Shown piece after piece: positions 14,958-19,919 of a stretch of DNA of 64,000 bases (within the stretch, counting starts at the first letter, position 1; each line of letters starts with the position of its first letter). The stretch is taken from positions 1 through 64,000 of IMG/VR virus record IMGVR_UViG_3300016474_000281; one strand, written 5' to 3'. Under the pieces are notes generated by a model that saw only the letters and a list, made by a program, of their open reading frames with translations, did not search any database and had not been told where the DNA came from. A program made the translations under genes and the position numbers. The stretch is from a virus.

Positions 14958-15091
14958 ATAGAATAGTGATTGTAGGTGGTAATATGTTTACCGAAAACAG
15001 TCTATATCAGTTTACTAAAGCTTTTCAATTCTATTCGTTACAAGTGAAACTTACTCCTCGTAGTTCAACAACATTCATACTATGGAAATAG
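14948..15091 (+). CDS. micro-ORF B25 (47 aa)
   Basis: pep MELNRIVIVGGNMFTENSLYQFTKAFQFYSLQVKLTPRSSTTFILWK; 3p junction ATGGAAATAG. Confidence 0.55.
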   Translation: MELNRIVIVGGNMFTENSLYQFTKAFQFYSLQVKLTPRSSTTFILWK

Positions 15092-15240
15092 ATAAAATCA
15101 TGATGACAGGTGGAGATATATATGAACGTTTTCCTTACATGTTTATTAAAATATATCCATTTTACTCAGTATTGTTTAATACAAACAAAACTGATTCAAC
15201 AACATTTATACTATGGGGCTGTTTAGAAAAATACAAATAA
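15082..15240 (+). CDS. micro-ORF B26 (52 aa)
   Basis: pep MEIDKIMMTGGDIYERFPYMFIKIYPFYSVLFNTNKTDSTTFILWGCLEKYK; 28-nt overlap with B27. Confidence 0.55.
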   Translation: MEIDKIMMTGGDIYERFPYMFIKIYPFYSVLFNTNKTDSTTFILWGCLEKYK

Positions 15241-15344
15241 GTGGTGGTTGTTTTAGAAATCATTTGTTTGGTTATGAACCTTTATGCGGGTGGGAATACA
15301 AAAGAATTGACCAAGATGAATCTATTATATTTTGTTTAACCTAA
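15213..15344 (+). CDS. micro-ORF B27 (43 aa), twin of B28
   Basis: pep MGLFRKIQISGGCFRNHLFGYEPLCGWEYKRIDQDESIIFCLT; 10-nt gap before B28. Confidence 0.55.
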   Translation: MGLFRKIQISGGCFRNHLFGYEPLCGWEYKRIDQDESIIFCLT

Positions 15345-15354
15345 TAAAACTATT

Positions 15355-15486
15355 ATGAATCTTTTTAAAAGAATAATCTATGGAGGTGGGCGTGGTAGTC
15401 ATTCAAAAAGTATAAACCTGGTTTTACATTTGTATAACTTCAATAAGGTTAAACCAGATGAATCAATTATAACTGTTTGTTTATGA
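15355..15486 (+). CDS. micro-ORF B28 (43 aa), twin of B27
   Basis: pep MNLFKRIIYGGGRGSHSKSINLVLHLYNFNKVKPDESIITVCL; 3p junction ATGA. Confidence 0.55.
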   Translation: MNLFKRIIYGGGRGSHSKSINLVLHLYNFNKVKPDESIITVCL

Positions 15487-15611
15487 AGATAGCAATGATG
15501 AAGAGAGGTTTATCTTTCTTTAATACAAGAACAAATCCAGCTTTTCATCCCTGGACTTACTCAGCTAAAATGACAAATGTACTTATTGGAACAAAACTTA
15601 TCTTGATATGA
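15483..15611 (+). CDS. micro-ORF B29 (42 aa)
   Basis: pep MKIAMMKRGLSFFNTRTNPAFHPWTYSAKMTNVLIGTKLILI; 3p junction ATGA. Confidence 0.5.
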   Translation: MKIAMMKRGLSFFNTRTNPAFHPWTYSAKMTNVLIGTKLILI

Positions 15612-15757
15612 AACTAAAAAGTAGAATAATTGGAGAAGGTTACGGCATGTCTAAAAGAGAAATAAGAGATAACAAAGGAAACTCTTATTACCACGCGATG
15701 AAGTTTAAAGATGGTTCTAAAGCAGCTTCAGTAAACATTATACTAACATGGAACTAG
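15608..15757 (+). CDS. micro-ORF B30 (49 aa)
   Basis: pep MKLKSRIIGEGYGMSKREIRDNKGNSYYHAMKFKDGSKAASVNIILTWN; 3p junction ATGGAACTAG. Confidence 0.55.
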   Translation: MKLKSRIIGEGYGMSKREIRDNKGNSYYHAMKFKDGSKAASVNIILTWN

Positions 15758-15888
15758 ATACAATAAGTAAAGGTTACAGTTTTAAATCACCTTTAGCAAA
15801 CATCACCTACATGACCTTAGTTAAAGATACTAAGGTCAAGTTTAGTACGTTGGCAACAAGTAGTATGTTGCTAATATTGACACGATGA
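15748..15888 (+). CDS. micro-ORF B31 (46 aa)
   Basis: pep MELDTISKGYSFKSPLANITYMTLVKDTKVKFSTLATSSMLLILTR; 3p junction ATGA. Confidence 0.55.
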   Translation: MELDTISKGYSFKSPLANITYMTLVKDTKVKFSTLATSSMLLILTR

Positions 15889-16019
15889 GAATTGGAAACA
15901 ACTTATTTGGAGGTAGTTATTATATGCCTAAGAATATAAAGATAGTTGCAGATTATCACGGTGTATTAAGACATACAGCTTCATCCCTTAGAAGTACAAC
16001 ACTTATCTTATGGAACTAA
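15885..16019 (+). CDS. micro-ORF B32 (44 aa)
   Basis: pep MRIGNNLFGGSYYMPKNIKIVADYHGVLRHTASSLRSTTLILWN; 3p junction ATGGAACTAA. Confidence 0.55.
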   Translation: MRIGNNLFGGSYYMPKNIKIVADYHGVLRHTASSLRSTTLILWN

Positions 16020-16156
16020 AAACAGATACGTTTGGTAGTTGCTATTTTACAGATGGACAGTGGCACAAAGACTTTATGTTAGACGCTAACTTTATCTCTA
16101 TTAGTGAAAGTGTTCAGACTCAAAGTAAAAGCGCAATACTAGTACTATGGAATTAA
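16010..16156 (+). CDS. micro-ORF B33 (48 aa)
   Basis: pep MELKTDTFGSCYFTDGQWHKDFMLDANFISISESVQTQSKSAILVLWN; 3p junction ATGGAATTAA. Confidence 0.6.
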   Translation: MELKTDTFGSCYFTDGQWHKDFMLDANFISISESVQTQSKSAILVLWN

Positions 16157-16305
16157 AGTTTGACATATCAGGAGGTAGTCACGCTACTACAGACTTAGTT
16201 AGTGTTCAAAAGAAATCTGTGTTTGACACAGACTTTAAAATTTTTAAAGCTAGGGAACTTCATGGACACAATCACATAAGTACAAATTTGATAGTATGGA
16301 ACTGA
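16147..16305 (+). CDS. micro-ORF B34 (52 aa)
   Basis: pep MELKFDISGGSHATTDLVSVQKKSVFDTDFKIFKARELHGHNHISTNLIVWN; 3p junction ATGGAACTGA. Confidence 0.6.
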   Translation: MELKFDISGGSHATTDLVSVQKKSVFDTDFKIFKARELHGHNHISTNLIVWN

Positions 16306-16445
16306 GAACTAACACACTAGGTAATTGCTACTGTACAAATAAGAATCACTATAAAGTGCCAATGGATAACACGACAAATTACGCTCCTATCAGAACATTC
16401 TTGATACTTAAAAATAGAGGTATAACACTAATACTATGGAACTAA
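16296..16445 (+). CDS. micro-ORF B35 (49 aa)
   Basis: pep MELRTNTLGNCYCTNKNHYKVPMDNTTNYAPIRTFLILKNRGITLILWN; 3p junction ATGGAACTAA. Confidence 0.6.
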   Translation: MELRTNTLGNCYCTNKNHYKVPMDNTTNYAPIRTFLILKNRGITLILWN

Positions 16446-16585
16446 CTGTTGATATATTTGGTAGTAGCTATGATATAGACTCACTTGAACATACAGTGTT
16501 TATAACAGAATTTAGTGTACTTATGCCTATATCAAGATGTTATGAAGTTAAAAATACAGGTGCAATCTTACTGTTATGGAACTAA
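16436..16585 (+). CDS. micro-ORF B36 (49 aa)
   Basis: pep MELTVDIFGSSYDIDSLEHTVFITEFSVLMPISRCYEVKNTGAILLLWN; 3p junction ATGGAACTAA. Confidence 0.6.
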   Translation: MELTVDIFGSSYDIDSLEHTVFITEFSVLMPISRCYEVKNTGAILLLWN

Positions 16586-16722
16586 AGTCTGATATATCAG
16601 GTGCTTCTTATGGAGGATCCTACTTTGTAGATAGGACAAGAATACAACTTAAACGATATGAATTTATATCTGCTGGAATTTGGAAAGGAAAAACTATATC
16701 AACACTATTTGTATGCAGTTAA
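16576..16722 (+). CDS. micro-ORF B37 (48 aa)
   Basis: pep MELKSDISGASYGGSYFVDRTRIQLKRYEFISAGIWKGKTISTLFVCS; 3p junction ATGCAGTTAA. Confidence 0.6.
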   Translation: MELKSDISGASYGGSYFVDRTRIQLKRYEFISAGIWKGKTISTLFVCS

Positions 16723-16856
16723 GAGTTAACTTCTTAGGAATATGCTACTCCAAATGTGAAGTAAGAGATAGAGATATTAAGTCACAACGTTGGGAGTTTG
16801 TAGAAATTAAATCTTGGAATCAAAAAAACATGTCAACGTTAATGTTATGTATTTAG
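16713..16856 (+). CDS. micro-ORF B38 (47 aa)
   Basis: pep MQLRVNFLGICYSKCEVRDRDIKSQRWEFVEIKSWNQKNMSTLMLCI; 3p junction ATGTATTTAG. Confidence 0.55.
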   Translation: MQLRVNFLGICYSKCEVRDRDIKSQRWEFVEIKSWNQKNMSTLMLCI

Positions 16857-16987
16857 ATTTTAAAATGATTGGAGCTGGGTATGAAACACATAACCAATGG
16901 TACAGGATTCAATCTGCTTTAATGGCATTTGGAATACACCGTGGATTTAACGATTTAGACGTAGGATTAAAAACAATACTAATATGA
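16847..16987 (+). CDS. micro-ORF B39 (46 aa)
   Basis: pep MYLDFKMIGAGYETHNQWYRIQSALMAFGIHRGFNDLDVGLKTILI; 3p junction ATGA. Confidence 0.55.
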   Translation: MYLDFKMIGAGYETHNQWYRIQSALMAFGIHRGFNDLDVGLKTILI

Positions 16988-17124
16988 AAATAGCATCAGA
17001 TTTAGCTGGAGGTTCTATATATAACACTAAAAGTATACTTAAAAGTGTATTTGTGCAACCAGCATTATACAGACAAAGAGAAAAAACCGATTCAACTAGA
17101 AGTAGTATAACTATACTAATATGA
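16984..17124 (+). CDS. micro-ORF B40 (46 aa)
   Basis: pep MKIASDLAGGSIYNTKSILKSVFVQPALYRQREKTDSTRSSITILI; 3p junction ATGA. Confidence 0.6.
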   Translation: MKIASDLAGGSIYNTKSILKSVFVQPALYRQREKTDSTRSSITILI

Positions 17125-17267
17125 AACTAAAAATAAATTATAGAGGCATTTCAATATTTCAAAAAGATACATATCTTGAATCTGCTAAGTCACAAAAAGG
17201 ACTGGCACAACAATATGTAAGCTTTTTTGTAAATAAAGTATTAAGTACAACAACATTACTAATATGA
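17121..17267 (+). CDS. micro-ORF B41 (48 aa)
   Basis: pep MKLKINYRGISIFQKDTYLESAKSQKGLAQQYVSFFVNKVLSTTTLLI; 3p junction ATGA. Confidence 0.55.
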   Translation: MKLKINYRGISIFQKDTYLESAKSQKGLAQQYVSFFVNKVLSTTTLLI

Positions 17268-17413
17268 AGTTACAATCAGATATTGTTGGTGGATCGTATG
17301 TACAGAATGAAGATTGTTTTAAACTTCATCTTATAGGTGTAGAGTATTCTGATACGTATACTTTTCTCAGCTATGTAGATAACAATGTAGGTTTAATATC
17401 ATTACTAGTATGA
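17264..17413 (+). CDS. micro-ORF B42 (49 aa)
   Basis: pep MKLQSDIVGGSYVQNEDCFKLHLIGVEYSDTYTFLSYVDNNVGLISLLV; 3p junction ATGA. Confidence 0.6.
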   Translation: MKLQSDIVGGSYVQNEDCFKLHLIGVEYSDTYTFLSYVDNNVGLISLLV

Positions 17414-17553
17414 AATTAAGATTAAATGGAACATTAACTTCTCCTTATATGGGAGCAAGCTGTTATACTGGAATCAATCATAAGAGACATAGTTCTTTAA
17501 AGCTGTGGGCACGTCTACCCAGGACTTGTGGAGCTTCAATTGTGTTGATATGA
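17410..17553 (+). CDS. micro-ORF B43 (47 aa)
   Basis: pep MKLRLNGTLTSPYMGASCYTGINHKRHSSLKLWARLPRTCGASIVLI; 3p junction ATGA. Confidence 0.55.
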   Translation: MKLRLNGTLTSPYMGASCYTGINHKRHSSLKLWARLPRTCGASIVLI

Positions 17554-17681
17554 AGTTGATAGAAAACTTAAACATATATCACTGTTCTTTAGACAAAGAA
17601 AGACAACTATGCCAATTCAAGTATAAACACCATTATGCTGTCATAAATGAATACATAAGTTGTTTAAACATACTGATATGA
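17550..17681 (+). CDS. micro-ORF B44 (43 aa)
   Basis: pep MKLIENLNIYHCSLDKERQLCQFKYKHHYAVINEYISCLNILI; 3p junction ATGA. Confidence 0.55.
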   Translation: MKLIENLNIYHCSLDKERQLCQFKYKHHYAVINEYISCLNILI

Positions 17682-17806
17682 AACTGAGTTATGAATGTTT
17701 TAAGAGAAGAGGCATATACTTTAAAGGATACTTGACATCACCTAAACATACTATTTTCATTCAAGTCAAGTATTGGGACGTAGGTATGTTAAACATATTG
17801 TCATAA
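17678..17806 (+). CDS. micro-ORF B45 (42 aa)
   Basis: pep MKLSYECFKRRGIYFKGYLTSPKHTIFIQVKYWDVGMLNILS; the 3p junction is ATAA because the next unit has lost its ATG. Confidence 0.5.
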   Translation: MKLSYECFKRRGIYFKGYLTSPKHTIFIQVKYWDVGMLNILS

Positions 17807-17928
17807 GATTGCATTACTTTATATTGTTTAGAGGATCAAGTTACAGTTCTATAAAAAAAGGTGTATTTGTAAATACGTCTCTTCGTAACAGAAACAAAAC
17901 TAAATCAATAATTACAGCACTTCTATGA
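17803..17928 (+). pseudogene. micro-ORF B46: intact 41-codon unit whose start codon is ATA (TTG two codons later)
   Basis: pep (I)RLHYFILFRGSSYSSIKKGVFVNTSLRNRNKTKSIITALL; tcATAAgat sits where other units have tcATGAaa; 3p junction ATGA. Confidence 0.4.
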
Positions 17929-18068
17929 ACATAATGTGTAAAATAAGAATGACTGGAGGAGACTATTCAACAGGACACTTTGATAGATTTATATATCAGA
18001 ATAAGTGTTACGAACATTACTTGGATCGTAGGTTTATTGAAACAGCTTTACAGCTTATTGTTATATGA
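17925..18068 (+). CDS. micro-ORF B47 (47 aa)
   Basis: pep MNIMCKIRMTGGDYSTGHFDRFIYQNKCYEHYLDRRFIETALQLIVI; 3p junction ATGA. Confidence 0.55.
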   Translation: MNIMCKIRMTGGDYSTGHFDRFIYQNKCYEHYLDRRFIETALQLIVI

Positions 18069-18112
18069 AACTTAATTCGTTATACACTATGAGACTTAAT
18101 CCGTTGTACACT
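18065..18112 (+). repeat. 2 x 24-bp tandem repeat (21/24 identical)
   Basis: atgaaacttaattcgttatacact (18065-18088) and atgagacttaatccgttgtacact (18089-18112). Confidence 0.9.
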
Positions 18113-18208
18113 ACAATTGTTTGTATAGGTATGCATAGGACATTAGCTTATTACCAGCCAATTACAAGATTAAGTTATGAAGATTCAATTATACTTGTAA
18201 CAATATGA
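18065..18208 (+). CDS. micro-ORF B48 (47 aa) with an internal 24-bp tandem duplication of its own start region
   Basis: pep MKLNSLYTMRLNPLYTTIVCIGMHRTLAYYQPITRLSYEDSIILVTI; 3p junction ATGA. Confidence 0.55.
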   Translation: MKLNSLYTMRLNPLYTTIVCIGMHRTLAYYQPITRLSYEDSIILVTI

Positions 18209-18351
18209 ATCTATCCTGGAACGATAACAACTGGCCTTTTACTATAATGGTTAGAGGAGGTAACTTTAAGCGATGTGCACACATGTACACTACTGGTATA
18301 TATGTAACTTACTCTTCAAAACATTACTCAGCTATACTAGTGACAACATGA
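18205..18351 (+). CDS. micro-ORF B49 (48 aa)
   Basis: pep MNLSWNDNNWPFTIMVRGGNFKRCAHMYTTGIYVTYSSKHYSAILVTT; 3p junction ATGA. Confidence 0.55.
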   Translation: MNLSWNDNNWPFTIMVRGGNFKRCAHMYTTGIYVTYSSKHYSAILVTT

Positions 18352-18485
18352 TACTAAATACATTTGTACAATTGAGAGGTACTTGTAACTGCCTGAGAAG
18401 AAAGACAAAAGATGGAGCTATTAGGAGAGGTGTATGGTTTAGCGCGCAAGTAAAATCTCACGGTTTACTACTGGTTTTAATTTAA
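18348..18485 (+). CDS. micro-ORF B50 (45 aa)
   Basis: pep MILNTFVQLRGTCNCLRRKTKDGAIRRGVWFSAQVKSHGLLLVLI; track ORF 18273-18485 trimmed to the ATG; 11-nt gap follows. Confidence 0.55.
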   Translation: MILNTFVQLRGTCNCLRRKTKDGAIRRGVWFSAQVKSHGLLLVLI

Positions 18486-18496
18486 ACAAACATAAG

Positions 18497-18643
18497 ATGA
18501 AATTAACTCAAGACAGTTTGTTGTTGCTATCTAAAGGTGGCCACTACTTAGGTAAGGAAAGTATTTTGGATCATGAAATATGTTATCTTTCATTCTTTCG
18601 TACAAAATACATTCACAAATCAATAACAACTATTTTAATATGA
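18497..18643 (+). CDS. micro-ORF B51 (48 aa)
   Basis: pep MKLTQDSLLLLSKGGHYLGKESILDHEICYLSFFRTKYIHKSITTILI; 3p junction ATGA. Confidence 0.6.
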   Translation: MKLTQDSLLLLSKGGHYLGKESILDHEICYLSFFRTKYIHKSITTILI

Positions 18644-18783
18644 AACTAGTGGAAAGTAGGAAGATAGGAATTTGTTTTAGATCCCGTCCTTTTGTAGCAG
18701 ATAGTGTGTCTGTATTTACAGGGTTTAACAACTTTACATTTCTTTTAGAAAATACATTAGGAACTTATTTAATACTGATATGA
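18640..18783 (+). CDS. micro-ORF B52 (47 aa)
   Basis: pep MKLVESRKIGICFRSRPFVADSVSVFTGFNNFTFLLENTLGTYLILI; track ORF 18580-18783 trimmed to the ATG; 3p junction ATGA. Confidence 0.55.
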   Translation: MKLVESRKIGICFRSRPFVADSVSVFTGFNNFTFLLENTLGTYLILI

Positions 18784-18908
18784 ATTTACACAGGTATCGT
18801 ATAGCTGGAATATCGTATAGACAGAAGTATAACATAGGGTTTATACCTTTTTTTGATAGCCTTAACAAAAGAGATGTTGATGAATCAATAACATTTATAC
18901 TGATATGA
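18780..18908 (+). CDS. micro-ORF B53 (42 aa)
   Basis: pep MNLHRYRIAGISYRQKYNIGFIPFFDSLNKRDVDESITFILI; 3p junction ATGA. Confidence 0.55.
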   Translation: MNLHRYRIAGISYRQKYNIGFIPFFDSLNKRDVDESITFILI

Positions 18909-19048
18909 ATTTAACTATAAAACTGAAACATTATCCGTTTTATCTTAAACAAGATAAGATGTATCAAGCTGATGTGGCTTCTGAAAAGTTAATTTTTAAA
19001 GTGACAGCACAGCATCATTCATACAGTGTGAAAGTGATTCTTGCTTAA
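18905..19048 (+). CDS. micro-ORF B54 (47 aa)
   Basis: pep MNLTIKLKHYPFYLKQDKMYQADVASEKLIFKVTAQHHSYSVKVILA; 16-nt gap follows. Confidence 0.5.
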   Translation: MNLTIKLKHYPFYLKQDKMYQADVASEKLIFKVTAQHHSYSVKVILA

Positions 19049-19064
19049 CACAAACAATACAGTT

Positions 19065-19202
19065 ATGCCGTTGTTGTTTCAAAGAATAGGGTTATCCTAC
19101 ATGAGTTTAAACCACTATGAAATAATTACTAATATGAAGTTGCGAGCTGTTGTTTGTAAAGCAGGTAACTTTAGCTCAAAAATGATATTGACATGGAACT
19201 AG
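19065..19202 (+). CDS. micro-ORF B55 (45 aa, two short units fused in frame)
   Basis: pep MPLLFQRIGLSYMSLNHYEIITNMKLRAVVCKAGNFSSKMILTWN; an internal attactaatatgaag junction is read through; 3p junction ATGGAACTAG. Confidence 0.45.
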   Translation: MPLLFQRIGLSYMSLNHYEIITNMKLRAVVCKAGNFSSKMILTWN

Positions 19203-19336
19203 CTATAGACTTTATAGGAGCTACACATTCTCAAAGTGAATTTCATGTAAAGATTTACATGAACCCCGTACAGTTTTACAGTTTTTTTATATTTGAAAAA
19301 GATGAACTTAGGTCTGCAATATTTAATTTGATGTAA
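19193..19336 (+). CDS. micro-ORF B56 (47 aa), last unit of array B
   Basis: pep MELAIDFIGATHSQSEFHVKIYMNPVQFYSFFIFEKDELRSAIFNLM. Confidence 0.5.
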   Translation: MELAIDFIGATHSQSEFHVKIYMNPVQFYSFFIFEKDELRSAIFNLM

Positions 19337-19343
19337 AAGTTTA

Positions 19344-19374
19344 TTTGCAACATTGACTTAAATAGTTATCTTTG
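19344..19374 (+). promoter_or_regulatory. Bacteroidota-type promoter (TTTG-N19-TAtcTTTG) 4 nt upstream of an ATG
   Basis: TTTG at 19344-19347 and TATCTTTG at 19367-19374 with a 19-nt spacer; ATG at 19379 implies a leaderless or near-leaderless mRNA. Confidence 0.5.
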
Positions 19375-19378
19375 CAGC

Positions 19379-19618
19379 ATGAGTAGTGTAGAAACAGCTA
19401 TAGTAGCTATCATCGAACAAAGAGCTAAGAAAGGGTTGGAGACCTATGGTGTAACCCTGGATAGAACTGATTATCCTGTTGAACAAGGTATATCAGATGC
19501 TATTGAAGAAGCACTTGACCTAGCTATATACTTACAGAAATGTAAGCAAGAAATAGCTAAATTGAGAAGTTACATTCAAGAACTAGAAGTAAAGATTAAA
19601 ACGTATGAGCAACATTAA
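19379..19618 (+). CDS. hypothetical helical protein (79 aa)
   Basis: ATG ORF; EEALDLAIYL is faintly reminiscent of all-alpha NTP-pyrophosphohydrolase folds (weak). Confidence 0.6.
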   Translation: MSSVETAIVAIIEQRAKKGLETYGVTLDRTDYPVEQGISDAIEEALDLAIYLQKCKQEIAKLRSYIQELEVKIKTYEQH

Positions 19619-19802
19619 ACTGTGGGAGATAGCTGTATTCTTGTTACCTGTAGCTTTGGTATATACTCCATTGCGTAAACAGTTTATAGCTGCATCAAAG
19701 TGGTTGAGAGATACTACTATAAAGAACGTGAAACATTTGAAGTTGGTGTTACCTGTGGCTTTGATAGCTTTAGTGTACATCATATACAAAGATAGAAAAT
19801 AA
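19605..19802 (+). CDS. small membrane protein (65 aa, two hydrophobic helices)
   Basis: WEIAVFLLPVALVY and LVLPVALIALVYII; 14-nt overlap with the upstream gene. Confidence 0.5.
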   Translation: MSNIKLWEIAVFLLPVALVYTPLRKQFIAASKWLRDTTIKNVKHLKLVLPVALIALVYIIYKDRK

Positions 19803-19833
19803 CATATTTTTAGGTCATTACGGTTTTTCTTGT

Positions 19834-19907
19834 AACAGAGTAGCTTAAATGGTAGAGCACAAGACTCATAATCTTGATGGATGCAGGTTCAAATCCTGTC
19901 TTTGTTA
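19834..19907 (+). tRNA. tRNA with anticodon CAT (elongator Met or lysidine-dependent Ile2); no encoded CCA
   Basis: Hand-folded cloverleaf: acceptor aacagag/ctttgtt, D-arm gctt-aaatggta-gagc, anticodon arm caaga-ctCATaa-tcttg, T-arm gcagg-ttcaaat-cctgt. The anticodon stem lacks the three G-C pairs of initiator tRNA. Ends are +/- 2 nt. Confidence 0.75.
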
Positions 19908-19919
19908 CTAATTTAAACT

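Larger units (their letters stand above)
11825..19336 (+). repeat. micro-ORF array B: 56 head-to-tail paralogous mini-genes (7.5 kb)
   Basis: Hand translation. 51 of 55 junctions are stop/start overlaps: 30 ATGA, 3 TGATG, 17 ATGNNNNTRR and one 28-nt overlap. The frame steps -1 at 53 of 55 junctions. Shared N-terminal M-x-L-K...G-G-x-Y and C-terminal S/T-x-x-L-x-L-I motifs. Confidence 0.9.

Noticed and set aside
11825-19336. The periodic structure of about 105-170 nt could be a CRISPR array or a non-coding satellite or iteron block (for example a replication origin).
   Set aside because: The repeated part is short and degenerate rather than an exact direct repeat, and unit lengths vary. Every unit is an ATG-to-stop open frame that begins exactly at the previous stop. 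That is not expected for CRISPR repeats, spacers or iterons in AT-rich DNA, where stops are frequent.
19834-19907. The tRNA(CAT) could be a phage initiator tRNA serving the 71 start codons.
   Set aside because: The anticodon stem (caaga/tcttg) lacks the three consecutive G-C pairs, and the acceptor end shows no 1-72 mismatch characteristic of bacterial initiator tRNA. Elongator Met or Ile2 is more likely. A proper covariance-model call is still needed.
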